Shown one piece after another: positions 1 to 17,750 of a stretch of 64,000 bases of DNA. Origin of the DNA: Octopus vulgaris (Eukaryota). The notes below the pieces were generated by a model. That model was not told where the DNA came from and did no database searches. It worked only from the letters and a program-made list of their open reading frames with translations. The stretch covers positions 34,286,001 through 34,350,000 of the forward strand of contig OX597826.1 of NCBI GenBank assembly GCA_951406725.2. The letters run 5' to 3'. Position numbers and translations under genes: made by a program. Each line of letters begins with the position of its first letter. Position 1 is the first letter of the stretch.

Positions 1-385
1 AATTGATCCCCCATTTTACAGCCATAATTATAAAGCAATAAAAATTGTGATTTAGTTGAAAAATGAATTATTCAGAAGAATTACGTTTTCCAATTTAAAA
101 CACAAACAAACGAAAAACAAAACAAAACAAATGAATAAGAGTAAATGTTATGACAACAATAACAAAAACAACAACGACAGAAATTGTTATAACAGTAAAC
201 AGACAACAGTAACAATAAAACGGAACGTAAGAATAGTATGAACACCAAATACGGCAGCAGCGAAAACAACAACAAATGCCATAACAAGAACACAAAAACA
301 AAAAAACAATAACAAGAAGAGTATAAAGAAGAAGAACAACAATAACAACATCAACGATAATGATGATGATGATAGTAACAATAAC

Positions 386-449
<64 letters not shown>
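386..449. repeat. (AAT)n microsatellite preceded by AAC/GAT low-complexity sequence
   Basis: Directly visible AAT run; explains the spurious ORFs at 56-387. Confidence 0.95.
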
Positions 450-451
<2 letters not shown>

Positions 452-3400
452 GGATCTACGTGACTAGAACTGAATTATACTAAATATAATGAAACTGGAA
501 TATGTTTTAGGACTTATTTCAGGAACATACCATCGTACTTAAGAATATTACGAATATTTAATGCAACAATTTAGAAACAAAAAAAAATCTTCCAAGGCAG
601 AATGACAGAAAAGGAAATAATTTTAGAAAATATCTTGCGTTAATTTAATGGCTTCAACTATATTTTGCATTCCAAGAGAAATTTTGGTAGTCTGACCAAT
701 TATATAAGATATCACATTATTGGAATTACGGGTCACTAGTATATTTCTATTGCTGACATTCCATTGCATTTTAGCGCAGGCAACTTAATGCTATATGATG
801 CTTTATACATTATTTCCAAATAGAAATGATAAATTCAACGAAGTGATTTAATTCTGACAAACTATCAACTTAACTTGAAGGACATTCCAATGTCGTTTCC
901 ATCACAGCCTTATCAAATCCTGAATTAAATTATAGATTGCTGAAGCTTTGAGAATGATCAAGGTGACATGTTTAACATACGACATAGTCAGTTTGGTTTT
1001 AAATCCAATTCCGTAACAGATTTGACAAAAGACTACAAATGATTTTAAAGTAATTTTAGTTTAGTTGAAACAAGATATTTCTTTTGTATTCCTGACACAG
1101 AGAAAGAAGGGCCGGAATTGTAATTCTTTATAATTTTATATTTCATACATTTACATATATATTCGGACCATCATGTCCTCGTGAACGGTATTAAGAGACG
1201 AGAAAATTCCCTTCAAACTGGAGAACTGGAGTAAATGCCTACAAATAACTGGACTCTACTAAAGGTGTCCAATAACCAGGTAAATCTGCTGAATCGAAGA
1301 ACAGATTAATCATATTACTCAATAATCAGAGAATAAATCCTACAAAACATCTCATCTCCAAGCATCTTTGAATTGGAAAGCAGAAAGGAGAATGAATAGC
1401 AAAGTTGGTTTCCGTGCGATTTGCATAAAATACACGAAAAGTGAGACCGAAATATACGAGTTACTTTTTGCCTTGTCTGACTCCATTTATGTCACATACT
1501 CTCTTATTCTGTGACTGTTGTTTCATCTAATTTTATCCTTCTTCATTTGTAGCCGTTTCCATTGCCCAATCTTATATGGATATAATATGGGAATTGAGGA
1601 AATTTGACAAAATCATTAACATTCGACTAGATTGCGAAAACGGGCAACAGCAGTCCAATATTTGGCAGTGAGATCCTGACCAGCCGTGAGTTTCTACTGT
1701 CTGGACCTGTGCTAAATTAATATAATCTATGAGTGCTCTAGTGACAAGAGGTTGTAAATCAATGATTAAGTTGTTGGCGTTTTGTACAAGCAAGTTTCAG
1801 TCAGAGACATGCACCATATGAACAAGATTTGCCACTTAGCTACTGCGTAATATAAACATAAATAAAACTAAGCAGAAATGTAGCCGAGTAAGAGTTACAT
1901 GGAAAAAACTGATGATAAGACTTGACCTCAGCCCTGAAATGTGCCAAAAGTTCAAACCAATATCAATGATAATAGTTACCAAATGGATTTCATTCCAGAA
2001 AAAAAAAAAACTGCAACAAATCTTTCAGAGAATCAATGCAAGTTTTTTTAATTGGATGTGACGGCGGTTAACGTAATCCCAACATTAAATAATAATCTCC
2101 TATAATTATAGAGACTTGAAAAAAGGGAATGATTGTTACAGGTATAATTTTGTGATTAAGAAGGCGGAGCGGCGGGTGAAATCTATCATCCAAGTAAGCT
2201 TAGCTGGATTTGAAATCAGAATACAAAGAAACGGAATCCTTCCGGTGTAATTTTACTGTTGTAGCAATGTATTCCTATGGGTTGGTAATTTCCTAACACA
2301 CTGGAATAGATCAGAATTAAAGTTGACTTCAGCGTTATTTGATCTCAAAGCAGAGAGAATCGAAAGAAATATAGTGAGGACGTCTAACTGGTACTTTCAC
2401 TATTTGTTCAATTCCGTAAAATGGAACAACTAAAAGAAAACGAAAGAAAAAATAAAATAAAATAAGCTGGCCTCTGATTTGAACAACCAGGAACTTAACG
2501 TATTTTCTTAGTGCTTGTCATTACACTTAATGACATAATTAGCAATTTATAGGCCTCTTAATTAGCATCATGACCACTTCGTGCAGAAGTCAATGTACAT
2601 TTGTAACGAGGAGCTTTGCCAGTAACCAAGACACTAAAACCATGTTGACTTAGTTGCTTTTACTGGATAATTTCTCCTTGATTCTCATGTTAACGTACGA
2701 CGTACCAACAGCTTAACTTCGAGATAAATGTTTCCAGTTTTAGTATTACTGCATAAACCGATTAAAGTGAATAAATTATTTTCTGTTTGGTTTATATTAT
2801 TCTAGCCATAAACTATTATTTTGACCTACTGTTTAGACTCTCGTTTCAATTTGCATCGCATTGCTTATATTTCTTGTAACTTCTACATCTCTCCAAGTGA
2901 ACATTCTTTAAAATAAAGGTGTTTCTCTAAACGTGTTTATTGCTAAAGTCGTCACTGTCTGGGATAGAGATGCTTTCCTTTCTTTAATTTTGGTAATACG
3001 TAGAGACATTTTAGCTCGCATCTGTTACACATTGTGACAACATTTAAAATTTGTTTTGTCTTTAGTAAGTGTTATTTCCTATTTACTTATATCTAGAAAT
3101 CAGAGGAAAAGACTACTATTTCCTTCAAAGTTTGCATTGGTGACTGGACATCGCTGTTTTGAAACTGGCCTACTCTCCAGTACATTTCAGATAAGATTCA
3201 GCGCTGAGCTGCTGAAGCAGAAATATCGCCAGAGCATACATTTTGGTCAATACCACAGATTGTTAATCAGTTACTTAAACTTAACCACTTGAGCATGTTC
3301 CTTAGTGGTGGCTGACAATATGTGCATCTCTGACCTTGAGCGAGAGTAGCGCGGTAGCATCATAGCCATGCATTGAGAGGGATTCGTTGGGGTTTGACAA

Positions 3401-5941
3401 AATGTAACGAAAATATGTTTATGTTTTGAAGGATATAGATATTTTCCATATTTTTTAAGGTGTGAGGAAATAAGAAATAACTGTTAATCAAGGACAAAAA
3501 TCGTGTTAGTCAGTATTATCAATGTTACTGAAAAAGATAATATATCTCCTATTCTCTTTTGAATTCACCCAGTGTTATCGGTTAATAATAGGTATTATGG
3601 TCAGTCAATAGTTTAATATAAATATACTCTAGACGTTTCATTGTGTATTTAGTTAGTTTCCTAAAATCTCAGTTTGCCTAACTAATACGAAATCGATGAT
3701 CTTCAACGAAGTCGAACACAAACGTACGTAATGTTCTAGTATCGGCTTAATGCAACAAGCTTGACTCTAATTCAGAAACACTAAAAATATTTGAGCGGGG
3801 GCACATATCAGCTTTATCTAAAATATCTAGGCATTAAGAAATGAATGAATATCACACAATCCTAATAATAATCGTTTGATGCATATGTAGTCTAAAGTAA
3901 CTTACCGAGATGTAAAAAAAAGAATAGTAGCCGAACACACTTTTAGGCTAAAATTTGAGAACTAATATGACAAACACAAAAGAATTGATGATAAGCAAAT
4001 ATAGTTCGCAAACAAAAGGATGTAACAGAAAAATATCATGTTTAATGTTGTTGATAATTCAATTAGATCTTAAAATTATAAGAACCAAACGAAATGTGTT
4101 TCTTTTTTTTTTTGTTTAAAGACTAAAACAGTGTTTTAACGAATATCATTGCTGTTATTTTTGTAGTTGTTGCTGTAAATTTCAGACACAGATTGGTAAG
4201 AGGTAAATAGAATAAAGTAGAAGCAGATAAAAGAAAGTGAAATTAAATAAAAAAAAATCTGTGCTATTAATTTATTTAAAATATCAACTAGATTCAATGT
4301 GTGAATGTATAGGTAAGTCTCTTAAAAAGAGAAGGAAAACAATAGTAAGTAAAATCATAATATAGAGAAATATTTTGTTTTAGCTTTAATGCATATGCAA
4401 ATTATAACAGAAAGCTTTGTAATATATTTTGTATATCTTAAAAGAAAACAAACAAGCAATAAATATACTAAACTAATAAGACAAACAGAAATTTTCACTG
4501 CAGACATTTATTACTTGTTAGAAGCAATAAGCTGGTTGAGTAATGAGGTTTTCTCTGTTTGTCTTGCACTTAACTGATGACAAATCACAAATAGAATTAA
4601 GACCAATGCTATATTTGTTCACATAAAATTCCAAATATTTAAAATTACCTGTTTATTTTTAAATTTCATTATTGAACTATTTTCTTTTTTTCTTAATGCT
4701 TTTTTTTTTCAGAAATTTTCTCAGTCCTATTTATTTCATATGATAGTGTTGTTATGTTTACCTTGTTTAAAAAAAGTTATTAAAAGTATAAAGATAAACT
4801 GATATGAAAGAAAACATGAGAATTGACAGCTAAAATATTACTCTCGTGAATTTTGAGCAATGGGTGATTATAAGGTCTAAGGTGTTTATCTCCAAAAGCT
4901 CATATATTTCAAAAAGCTTCAATATTCTTTAGCTTGTATCTTTATTCCTACTCCTAGTTTATATCACTGCTTGAGAACTTTGGAATCTGTATTATTTTCT
5001 AGCTTCGAATGGAGAAAACATTGGTTCCCTGTGTTACTTAAAGGAAGTGTGACTAACATATTTTTGCAACTCCTTTCAGATGGCTTCATTTGCCAAACAG
5101 ATTCGTTTCATGTGAATAGTGTTTTTGCTGATGTTAATTCATTCGACGACATGCTAAATTCCATTCACAAATCATAGCCAATCAAATTTATTTTCTTGTC
5201 TTCATTAACTTAAAAGATACTCAAACTGTATTCCATTAATCTCAGCTTCCCACAAGTGTCTGTAAAATCCACACCGAGTACAATCTTTTCGTTTTGAGTA
5301 AACTCCCGAATTTCTGCTTATTAAGCTCTCTCTTCCAGCCTTTTTCCCTCAACTTCTCTGTCCTCATTCCTCTCTCTTAGTTTTCTCTTACACTTCTTAT
5401 AATTTCAAACCAAAACATTATTATGTGTATCTAAGAAGCAAATTGTGCAAGTCCGTTGAGACTCGTTGAGAACGCCGTTTGCTAGATGTTCTGATGTCGT
5501 CTTAAGAATTCATGTCACCAACATCAAGTTGATACTAAACACAATCAGTGTGGAAAGAAAAACCTTTTTCTTCCTTCCTTTCGATCTTTTTCTCCCTCTC
5601 TCCCCTCTCTCTTTTTCTCTCCTCTCTCCCCTCTCTCTTTTTCTCTCCTCTCTCGCTCTCTCTCTCTCTCTCACGTACACATATTTAGAGAATTAGCTAT
5701 GTTGCGATGTGAGGAATCTCTTAGTGGAACACTCACAATGTACGTTTCCCCCAAATAGTGAGTACCTGAATGAGGGGCTAGTAATCGCATCTCAATAAAA
5801 GAAAAGCTAATATGATACTGGAGTCATGCAATGACGGACCAATGTATATAGCAACACGAATCAAAACATTTCCCTACATCTGCGTGTGTGTGTGTGTGAG
5901 TGTGTATATATGCATATATATATATATAAATAAATAAATAA

Positions 5942-5978
<37 letters not shown>

Positions 5979-7381
5979 CATACATATACATGAATATACG
6001 CATACATGAATATATTTCTGGTGCATTGAGTAGAAAGCTGTATTTATACACATAATTCTTCATTTATTTGTTTATTTGTTTGTATGTTTTCTGTATATTT
6101 CTCACCCTTACACTCCATTTATTCTCACTCACGTCCGCAATCACAAATTTTTGCTTTATTTTATTTATATTTCAGCGATATAATTCTGATCGGTGAACTT
6201 CCTTTTTGTTTTTCTGCCTCCCACGCTTCTTCCATCCGTCTCTTCTACTTTTTTTTCCTTTTTGTACATATTTGCACTTTATTGTAACCTATTCATATGA
6301 AAGGACAAGAGTATTTACAGCCACAAAGAGCAGAATATATTACTTGGGAATTCATACACTTGGTAATAAATTATATACAAAAAAAACAACACGAGCGCAA
6401 ACATATGCACAAGAAAATCTACACACACATATACACATACACACATACTTATATATAAAAACCCGTGCACAAACACACCTATAAACAAGAAAACGTTAAA
6501 AGAAGTTAGAGATCAGTTTGGAGTAATATCGACGAGAAAGTGAATATGTTCTGTTTATTAATCCCAGATCGAGAATTGAACCACGAATATGCAACACAAG
6601 TCACACCCAAATCTCATATTTTCCTAAATGTATTAGAAACATTGAAATAAGTTTCATTTACCAGCGGATTATATGTAACGGAATGTTTTACACGGAGTGT
6701 TTGCTACATTGTCGATGTGTATATTGTTATATATATTTTTATCTCTTATTGTGTATGATATCATTGATGCAATAAAATGCATAAAATATTTGAGTATGTG
6801 CATGTGTGTGTCAACGCTGTTGTATCTGCTGTTGTTGTCATTGTATGCTGCCATTGTTATTGCCGAGCTTGTTGCGAGTTTGTGTAGATCTGTAAATCTT
6901 ATATAGCTGTTGGTCTCTATGACGGAAGCTAAACAGAAATCCTTTTAGCTGTGTTTCATTGCTTAAGTCTTAAGCACAAACATCACATTTTCCAAACATA
7001 ATAGACAGAAACAGGAAATATATGCCGAACCTTTAAATAACTCGAAAGAGTCCATCATTTCACTATTTGCAGAAATCCATTCTCTGTTAAGAATTTCGCT
7101 GAATGATTGAGGGATCTTTTTGAAAGCAATACCACCTTATAAAGGATTTAGGATTCATAATGGAAAAAGTAAAATGAAATAGAGGACAAAATAAAATATA
7201 AAATAAAGGAACCGAAACCAAAATGAGAATAGGTTATTGTTCATCCGCCATGGTTTCATTGTAGCAACTCAAATAAACATGCAATTATAACAAAATACTG
7301 CAACCCAACAAGATTGTCGTGATCACCAACATTGAATATCATTAATTCAAATACAACATAGCTATCAATCCCTATGCATGG

Positions 7382-7575
7382 TTCTTCTTCTTCTTCTTCT
7401 TCTTCTTCTTCTTCTTCTTCTTCTTCTTCTTCTTCTTCTTCTTCTTCTTCTTCTTCTTCTTCTTCTTCTTCTTCTTCTTCTTCTTCTTCTTCTTTTTCTT
7501 CCTCTTCTCCTTTTCCTCTTCTTCTTTTTCTTCCTCTTCTCCTTTTTCCTCTTCTTCTTTTTCTTCTTCTTCATC

Positions 7576-7610
<35 letters not shown>

Positions 7611-7797
7611 TTATTATTATTATTATTATTATTAATATTATTATTATTATTATTATCATCAGCATCATCATCATCATCATCATTATTATTATTATTATAA
7701 ATAATAGACACCTCGGAAAATCTGGACAAATCGAAATCTAAATGTTATTTAATATGAAGTGTTACGTTGATATTTGATTGATGGCTTCAATAATAAT

Positions 7798-7880
<83 letters not shown>

Positions 7881-7897
7881 TGATAATAATAATAATT
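7382..7897. repeat. Compound trinucleotide microsatellite: (TTC)n-(TAT)n/(CAT)n, ~90-bp spacer, (AAC)n-(AAT)n
   Basis: Directly visible; source of the poly-R/K/S/L/N ORFs. Confidence 0.95.
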
Positions 7898-8578
7898 TCT
7901 CAATAACTGATGTATGCAGACAAACGTCATTCGTTCAATATGCCTTAATATCCAATAGTTCACACAAGCGCGTATTTTATTACATACATACACAAATACA
8001 TATTCAAACACACACACTCTCTCTCTCTCTCTCTCTATCTATCTCTCTCGTACACACACACTCACATGAGCAAAGACACACAAATATATGCATACATATA
8101 TCAAAGATCTTGCCGATATTACGGGGGTCGATTGCCAAACCAAAGTCTATGTGGTATAATTTATGAACACATTCTCATATTGGTTTTGGTTATCCTTTTG
8201 AATTCGAATCACATCAAAGTGCATTTTGGATTTCATTTTTTTTCTCACAGGTAATAAATATGGTATTTGGTAACAGCCACTACTCTCGTATCAGTGTTCA
8301 CGACGTAGGCTGTAGGTTTAGCTAAAACACAGGACAGTAGGACGTACACTGTTTGTTTCAGCTTGCACGTACACGGCCACCTGAAATTAAATTTTCAAAT
8401 AATGCTATATGATACAAAGTGATCGTCAAATGTACATAGATTCTTTAGTTATATATATATATATGATGGTATATTTTACATGCGCGAATCTATACATACA
8501 CACTCACACATTCATATATATATATATATATATATGCATGTACATCTATCTATCTCTATCTCTGTGTGTATATATATA

Positions 8579-10724
<2,146 letters not shown>

Positions 10725-10964
10725 GTACATATATATGCGTGTATATATGCATGTGTAAATATGTATATATCATTTTTATATATACTTATGTGTGTATATA
10801 TATGTATATTTTCACTTTTATATATTATTTATATCTAAATTTTAATTTATCTATATTTTTAAATTACTTATCTTCTACATTTTTAATATAAATGTACTAT
10901 TTATATTTAAATCTTATTTATATTTTTAATTCACATATCTTACATTTTCTTAATGTATGAATAT

Positions 10965-12580
10965 AGCTACTCAGCGTCGGACACCGAAATGATATTTGAT
11001 CAACTTATAGATCGTTTGTGTAGGTTTGGTGTCTGGCACGGGATACCTTACTCCATGGGCAAGTAGAAACTCTTTAACCTTGGTTGCTAATCTACCTAGG
11101 AGAAGGAAATCTCCAAAATAAAACCCGAGGCGAGAGTCTTCTTGGGCCAATAGATGAAGGTGGTGCAGTGCAAGCTACACTCACTGAAGATCATACATCT
11201 GCACAGGTACTTCTTGTACACCAAATCTTAGTAAAATGGATTAATTAGTTGGCAGAAACCCCAAAATACACTTACTCTAAAATATCTCAAACAGATTCAG
11301 TAAATGGCAAAACAGGATAACAAGTCTGCTCGGTAGGTGTTCCAGTGTGTCACAGTTTTGGCCCGGTCGTCATCCTGTCACTGTGGTTAAATTTTTTTCA
11401 AGAAGAATTGAAAATAAACATCCTCTGAATGTTGGCTGTTGGAATGTTTGGTAATTTTCGTGGGATTTCGCGTTTGTCTGTAGTTGGAATCGTACTTCGT
11501 AGTTACAAATGTGTTGTACTTCATAGTTACAATATGGTTTTTGCTCCTGCAGGGGCTCAGTTGATTGTATCTTTACTATCCGACAATTTCAGGAAAAGTA
11601 CATTGAACAGAATCTTGCCTTATACCATTGCTTTGATGATTTGAGCAAAACATTCGATACTGTTAATCGAAATGTTCTGTAGCTAATTCTAAGGAAAATA
11701 GGTTGCCCAGAAAAATTTGTAAACATGATTAGGGCTTTGCATCAAGATGTTAATGCTAGAGTTAATTTTGGTGGTAGGCTCTCTGAATCTTTTGCTGTGC
11801 AAAATGGAGTAAAGCAAGGAGACATGATGCATCCACCCTCTTTGCAAGATACTATGCTGTTGTGCTGTCACACGCTTTTCATAACTCCGAGGAGGGTATT
11901 TACATAAATTATCGAACAATAAGGAATATTTTAAATCTGACCAGACAGAAATTTTGAAGCAGATTTTTTTTACTTCATTCATTATAGAATTCTTACACAC
12001 TGGCGATTGCGATCTAGTCAGTCATTCGGAAACAGGTCTGCAATTTCTTGTATCTGCATTTGACTCAGCTTGTGATGAGGACTACCATGAAGTCACTTGG
12101 AATGGATCCAGAGGACATAAAAAGCCTTCCTTTGGATCGAGCTGGATGACGAACAAAAGTGGTGTAGAGTGAAAGCGTTTGAAGAGGCCACAATAACGAA
12201 TGCAAGACTGAAGTGAGATTTAATGAAGAATGATACGGCCGATAAGGTATATCACAATAACCTTTCAGTGCGCACCGTTTGTGACAGACCATACCATTCT
12301 TTTGCTGGGTTCAAGTCTCATTTGCGGCTCCATGAAAAATGAACCTCCATCAACCATTCTGCCTATAAATCTGTGCACACCTTTCAATGTCATGTATGCA
12401 TCAAAAGACGTTTTAAGATCCATAAAGATCAGACTCAACCGCGGCTCCGGACATGCAATCTATATGGGTGTCTTTTCAATACAGTGTCTGGTTTAAAAAG
12501 CCACATCAGATGCCATGATGGATCTAAGGTGTAGGTACATGAGGTGGTCAAACTCTGCATAAGGAGTAGACAACCACCAT
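10965..12580 (+). mobile_element. Decayed, internally deleted RTE-clade LINE
   Basis: RT remnants FDTVNRNVL*LILRKIGCPEKFVNMIRALHQDVNARV...FAVQNGVKQGD (11650-11823) and GDCDLVSHSETGLQFLVSAFDSAC (12002-12073). RTE-like 5' UTR motif CTAGGAGAAGGAAA..CT near 11096. C-terminal C2H2 motifs. 3' stem-loop GGTGGT...ACCACC (12543-12578). The 5' boundary is approximate. Confidence 0.8.
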
Positions 12581-12918
12581 ATGTGTGTGTGTGTGTATCT
12601 GTGTGAGTGCCACTGTGTTGGGGTGTGTTATGTATGTATGTATATATATCTGAGCACATAGTCTATTCTATTTAAAAATCAGGACGCTGTTATCTGAAAA
12701 AGGAAGAGAAAAAGCGAGAAGGTTGATGTAAAAAGTTGAAGGGTGAAGAAAAGCGGAAAAAGAAAGAGAGAAAATAGCATATCGAAATATGTGTAAATAT
12801 ATTGTGTGTATCTATCTATCTATCTATTTCTATACATACATACATACATACGTACATACATACATACATATATACATACATGCATACATATATTCATACA
12901 TACATACATACATACATT

Positions 12919-12969
<51 letters not shown>

Positions 12970-13040
12970 AATATTAGGGAATAAATCCAAATTTACAGGG
13001 AAAAAATCAGATTTAGGATTAAATCAAATTTTATAGTAAA

Positions 13041-13418
<378 letters not shown>

Positions 13419-13628
13419 TCAGTAAACAGTAAATAGTAAATCATAAATCCGATTGGCCATAGGGCAACAGCTTTAGGGACTGAATAAGCGCTATAAATCT
13501 AAGCTATTAAAGACGTGAAACCTTGGTTAAGCCTATAAAATGACCATACCTGTCTATCTATCTGTATATATCTATATATATGTTTGTGTATATAATGTAT
13601 ATATATATATATATATGTGTGTGTATAC

Positions 13629-13693
<65 letters not shown>

Positions 13694-15357
13694 ACATAAC
13701 CCATCCAGAAACGTCGATTTGCAAAATTGATTAAAGGCTATTCGAACATTATTTTAGAGGTGCATGTGTCTTCTAGAGTAATGAAATGATGTATAGAACA
13801 GTAATTAATTTTTTCTATATATGTGCTATTTCCAGAATATTACGACTTCGATATATTTTTTGAGATGTTCAGTTACAAACTTAACTGGGTAATCCAAAAC
13901 GTGTTTAGGTATTGAAAATTACATTCATGGTGAAGACAATGCTATGATTTTCAGTAAAACCGATTTGATCTCAACTGCCAGCTGTCTCGATCAAACTCAG
14001 TTTCCTTATTTATATTGTTTTTGTAATTAATTTGCATTCGTATTTTGTTCGCAAAAAACACGATGAGAGATCGTGTTTTGAAGCAGATTTTGTTGTATCT
14101 CTGGAGAGTTATTGCGCCAATAAGAAACACACACTGATTCTATTTCTCTTCTTTTATTATTTATAGTCACCGTTGTTAAATTAAGTAATGGATTGTATGA
14201 CCAACCATTTGGTCAATCATTCAGCTACGTACGATAGGGTTATTTCCTCACCTTTCGCTATCTCATAAATAGCATGTCGTAGCTAATCATAGTATTAATG
14301 ATTGAGTGATCAAGTGATGAACCAATCAGTTGATTAGTTAAATGTTTAACTAGTTCAGTAATAATAACAAAAGTAATGAAATAGAACGTGTGCATGCGTT
14401 TCTTTTTAACACGATAACCCTCGAAATTTACGACAAAATATTTGCATTAACCTTTTATAAATCAATATTTTATGGTGCTTCCGCACCCTTCTATGATGAG
14501 ACTTTAGCATTACCATGATCAGTATTTATTTCATTTACAGGTGTTCTTTTAATAAATTACAATTTAATTGTTCCCTGCAATAACTATGCTATTAGTGAAA
14601 ACACTTTACATGTTCTCACTCGTTTCTTTTTAAACTAAAGCTAAAATTGTTTACATTAATGATTTCAAAGCATAACATGTATATCATTTTACTGCGTTTT
14701 TAGCAGATTAACGATCATCTAGAGACTGCCTTACAGATATTCTCGCGGGTACATGGGTCCAATATCCAAGTTTTCTTGTAGGCGCTACCTCATGAATTTT
14801 TTCTTTATTCTTTTCTTGAGCTTCGTCTGTTCATTTTACCGCACCAGCCCTTGTTTTCTACATCTGGGACATTTCACATATTTACAAAAAGATAACTTAA
14901 AATGTTTGCGCACACAAGTCACTCTCTATTTCTCTCTATGAATGTGAATGGGTACCGAGAGTGTTTGTGTTTTAGCGTATTGGTTTATATTCATCTCATT
15001 GTATGTATGGCGGTAATTATATGCGGGTGTGTCTGTATATATGAGTATAATTTTCTCTATGCATGTGTAGTGTTTTCTAGAAAAAAAAACTTTTCAATAT
15101 ATGTGTATGTTGGTCACTAAGTTTGTATGTGTGTTTGTGTTTACGCGTACCATGGAATATATGTATGCTAACATGCGAAATTATGAGGATGAGAATATGT
15201 ATATCTAAGATGGAGAGAGAGAATGAGTATAGTGATTGGAAATAGGTTGGATATTTAAAGCAAAACAGACATATTGACAGAAAGTGAAAAGGGACATTGA
15301 TAGTAATATCAGATGATGTTAGTGATGATGACAACAACAAATTCAGTGGTGCAAATA

Positions 15358-15534
15358 ATTCTTTCTATAGGCACAAGGCCTGAAATTTGGGGAAAGGGGC
15401 TAATTGATTCCATCGATCGAAGTACTCGACTGGTAATGATCTTATCGACCCGGACAAGATGAAAAACAAAATTGACCACGGCGTAATTTGAACTCAGACC
15501 GTAAGAACGGACGAAATGCAAGTCTCGCCGCCTT
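15358..15534 (-). mobile_element. tRNA-type SINE (family A), head partly deleted
   Basis: Minus strand begins AAGGCGGCGAG, has B-box-like GAGTTCAAAT, and ends ...GGCCTTGTGCCTATAGAAAG. Homologous to the copies at 46172-47132. Confidence 0.8.
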
Positions 15535-15850
15535 AATAATAGTGCTAATAATGATAGTGGTGGTGTAACAGTGATAGTAAAGGAAATTATGCTACTGAAA
15601 ATGATGATGTAGATGATGATGATGATGATGATGACGACGACGACGACGACGACGACGATGATAATGAAGGCAAACATGAATATATTTAGCTGTTTAAAGA
15701 CGTTTAAATAATTCAATGAAACAGAGAGATTGTGGGACTGAGAGAAAGGAACAGCAATATCTCTGGAAGGTGGATATAAGCGCATATGTAAACAGACAAA
15801 CATTCCTATACATATATATGTGTGTGTGTGTGTGTGTATACACTTATACG

Positions 15851-15892
<42 letters not shown>

Positions 15893-16555
15893 TATGTTTA
15901 AGTGGTGGGATTGATAGCTTGAGGAATGAATAGGCAAAGAAAGACAAAACGATACACAGGGTAACAGAAAGCGATAGAGGAAGAAGGAGAGGGACAGGGC
16001 GTGCGAACAATGGTGCAGGTAGAAAGAGTACTGAACGGTGACAGGTGGATGGAGAAATATAAATCATCAGAGACGGTGAACAACATCGCATTGCGAGAAA
16101 CACGGTGAGGAAAAGAGCGACGAAGAGGGAATGAGAGAGAGAGAGGGAGAGGAAGAGAGGAAGTGAGGCAAAACTGTGAATGTGGAGAACGGTACTAAGC
16201 AAGGAGCAATGCGGGGGAACTGGAAGGAAATGATATAAAAATCAGTGGAAACAAGCATGTTGAATGAGATGCGTTCGCTTGTATATGGAATACAGCTTAT
16301 ATTCAATATACACACACGTACGTATGCATATTGTATATGCATGTATGTATGCATGCCTATGTGTATGTAAACAATAAAGCTTATGTTCAGTGCTCGAGAT
16401 TTATCAATGAATTGATCATCTCCTGCATCGCTTAACAATGGGAGAACAGTGAAGATAATTCAAATCCCAGCTTGCCTGACTTTCCTTACTGACTCACTAT
16501 TCAAAACGCACACTATAAGAGTACATGCAAATGCATACATATATACATACATATA

Positions 16556-16623
<68 letters not shown>

Positions 16624-16828
16624 ATATAAATGTATGTATGTGTACAGGAAAGAAGCACATACAAATACACATTCGCATTGAATTTTAGAGTCCACATGTT
16701 AACATGTATCGCTATCATCTACTATAGCATATATGAATAAAGGATCTACGCTTCTAGTTAATTTTGTACTTATATATTAAGAATTGCACATGCCACCATC
16801 ATATATGTATATATATATAATAATATGT

Positions 16829-16954
<126 letters not shown>

Positions 16955-17445
16955 ATATATATATACACAGAGGAAGTGAGAGAGTGAAAGTGAGTGTGAG
17001 AGAAAGAGAAATAGTGAACGAAATAGATATAGATACATACATACACGCGCGCACCCAACCACAAAGATTTTTATAAATATACACACATTCATAGGTACAT
17101 ATGTGTGTATGCAATAAATATATATGCTGTATATGTGAAGAATATTCCAGTGTGCCTATATATTATTTTATATGGACATCTCTAAGTCAAGTCTCTATCC
17201 ATCGCATGATTTTGCATCTATCATTATACCTGCAGAGTAATATTTATCATATACTATTTACGATATTTAGAAATAGAATTTTACGTATAAAAATACGTGT
17301 ATGTGGACTTATGTATAGTGAAAACAATCAATTCTATTGTCTTACAGACATACACAGACACTGGCACACACACACACACACACACATATGTATACATACA
17401 CACATACATAAATACAAATAGGAACAAACAGACACATACATATAT

Positions 17446-17702
17446 CAGTATATACTGCGAGCAAGAGTCAGTGATAACTATATCTAGCGGGCAGCTGTCC
17501 TGTACCCAGGAAAGGAACTTACCAAGAAACCATTGGTCTACTGTTATCGCTACCACTAGAAAGGAGCCGGTAGCCCCCCTTGCTCACATTATACTACCAC
17601 AGATCATGTGTCGATAGCCAGCTGGAAAAGATGTCTTCCTGGAGCTAAAAGTAGCAACATGGTCCTGCGTAGAACTGCAACGTTGCGTTGGCAAATATAC
17701 TG
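17446..17702. mobile_element. Possible ~260-bp MITE with CAGTATAT...ATATACTG termini
   Basis: GC-richer island. Left end CAGTATATACTGCGAGC resembles the reverse complement of the right end (CAGTATATTTGCCAAC). TA follows the right end; the left flank reads AT. Confidence 0.35.
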
Positions 17703-17706
17703 TACC

Positions 17707-17742
<36 letters not shown>

Positions 17743-17750
<8 letters not shown>

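Noticed and set aside
1910-1950. CUGAUGA...GAAA spacing
   Set aside because: No stem II pairing and no suitable stem III/NUH.
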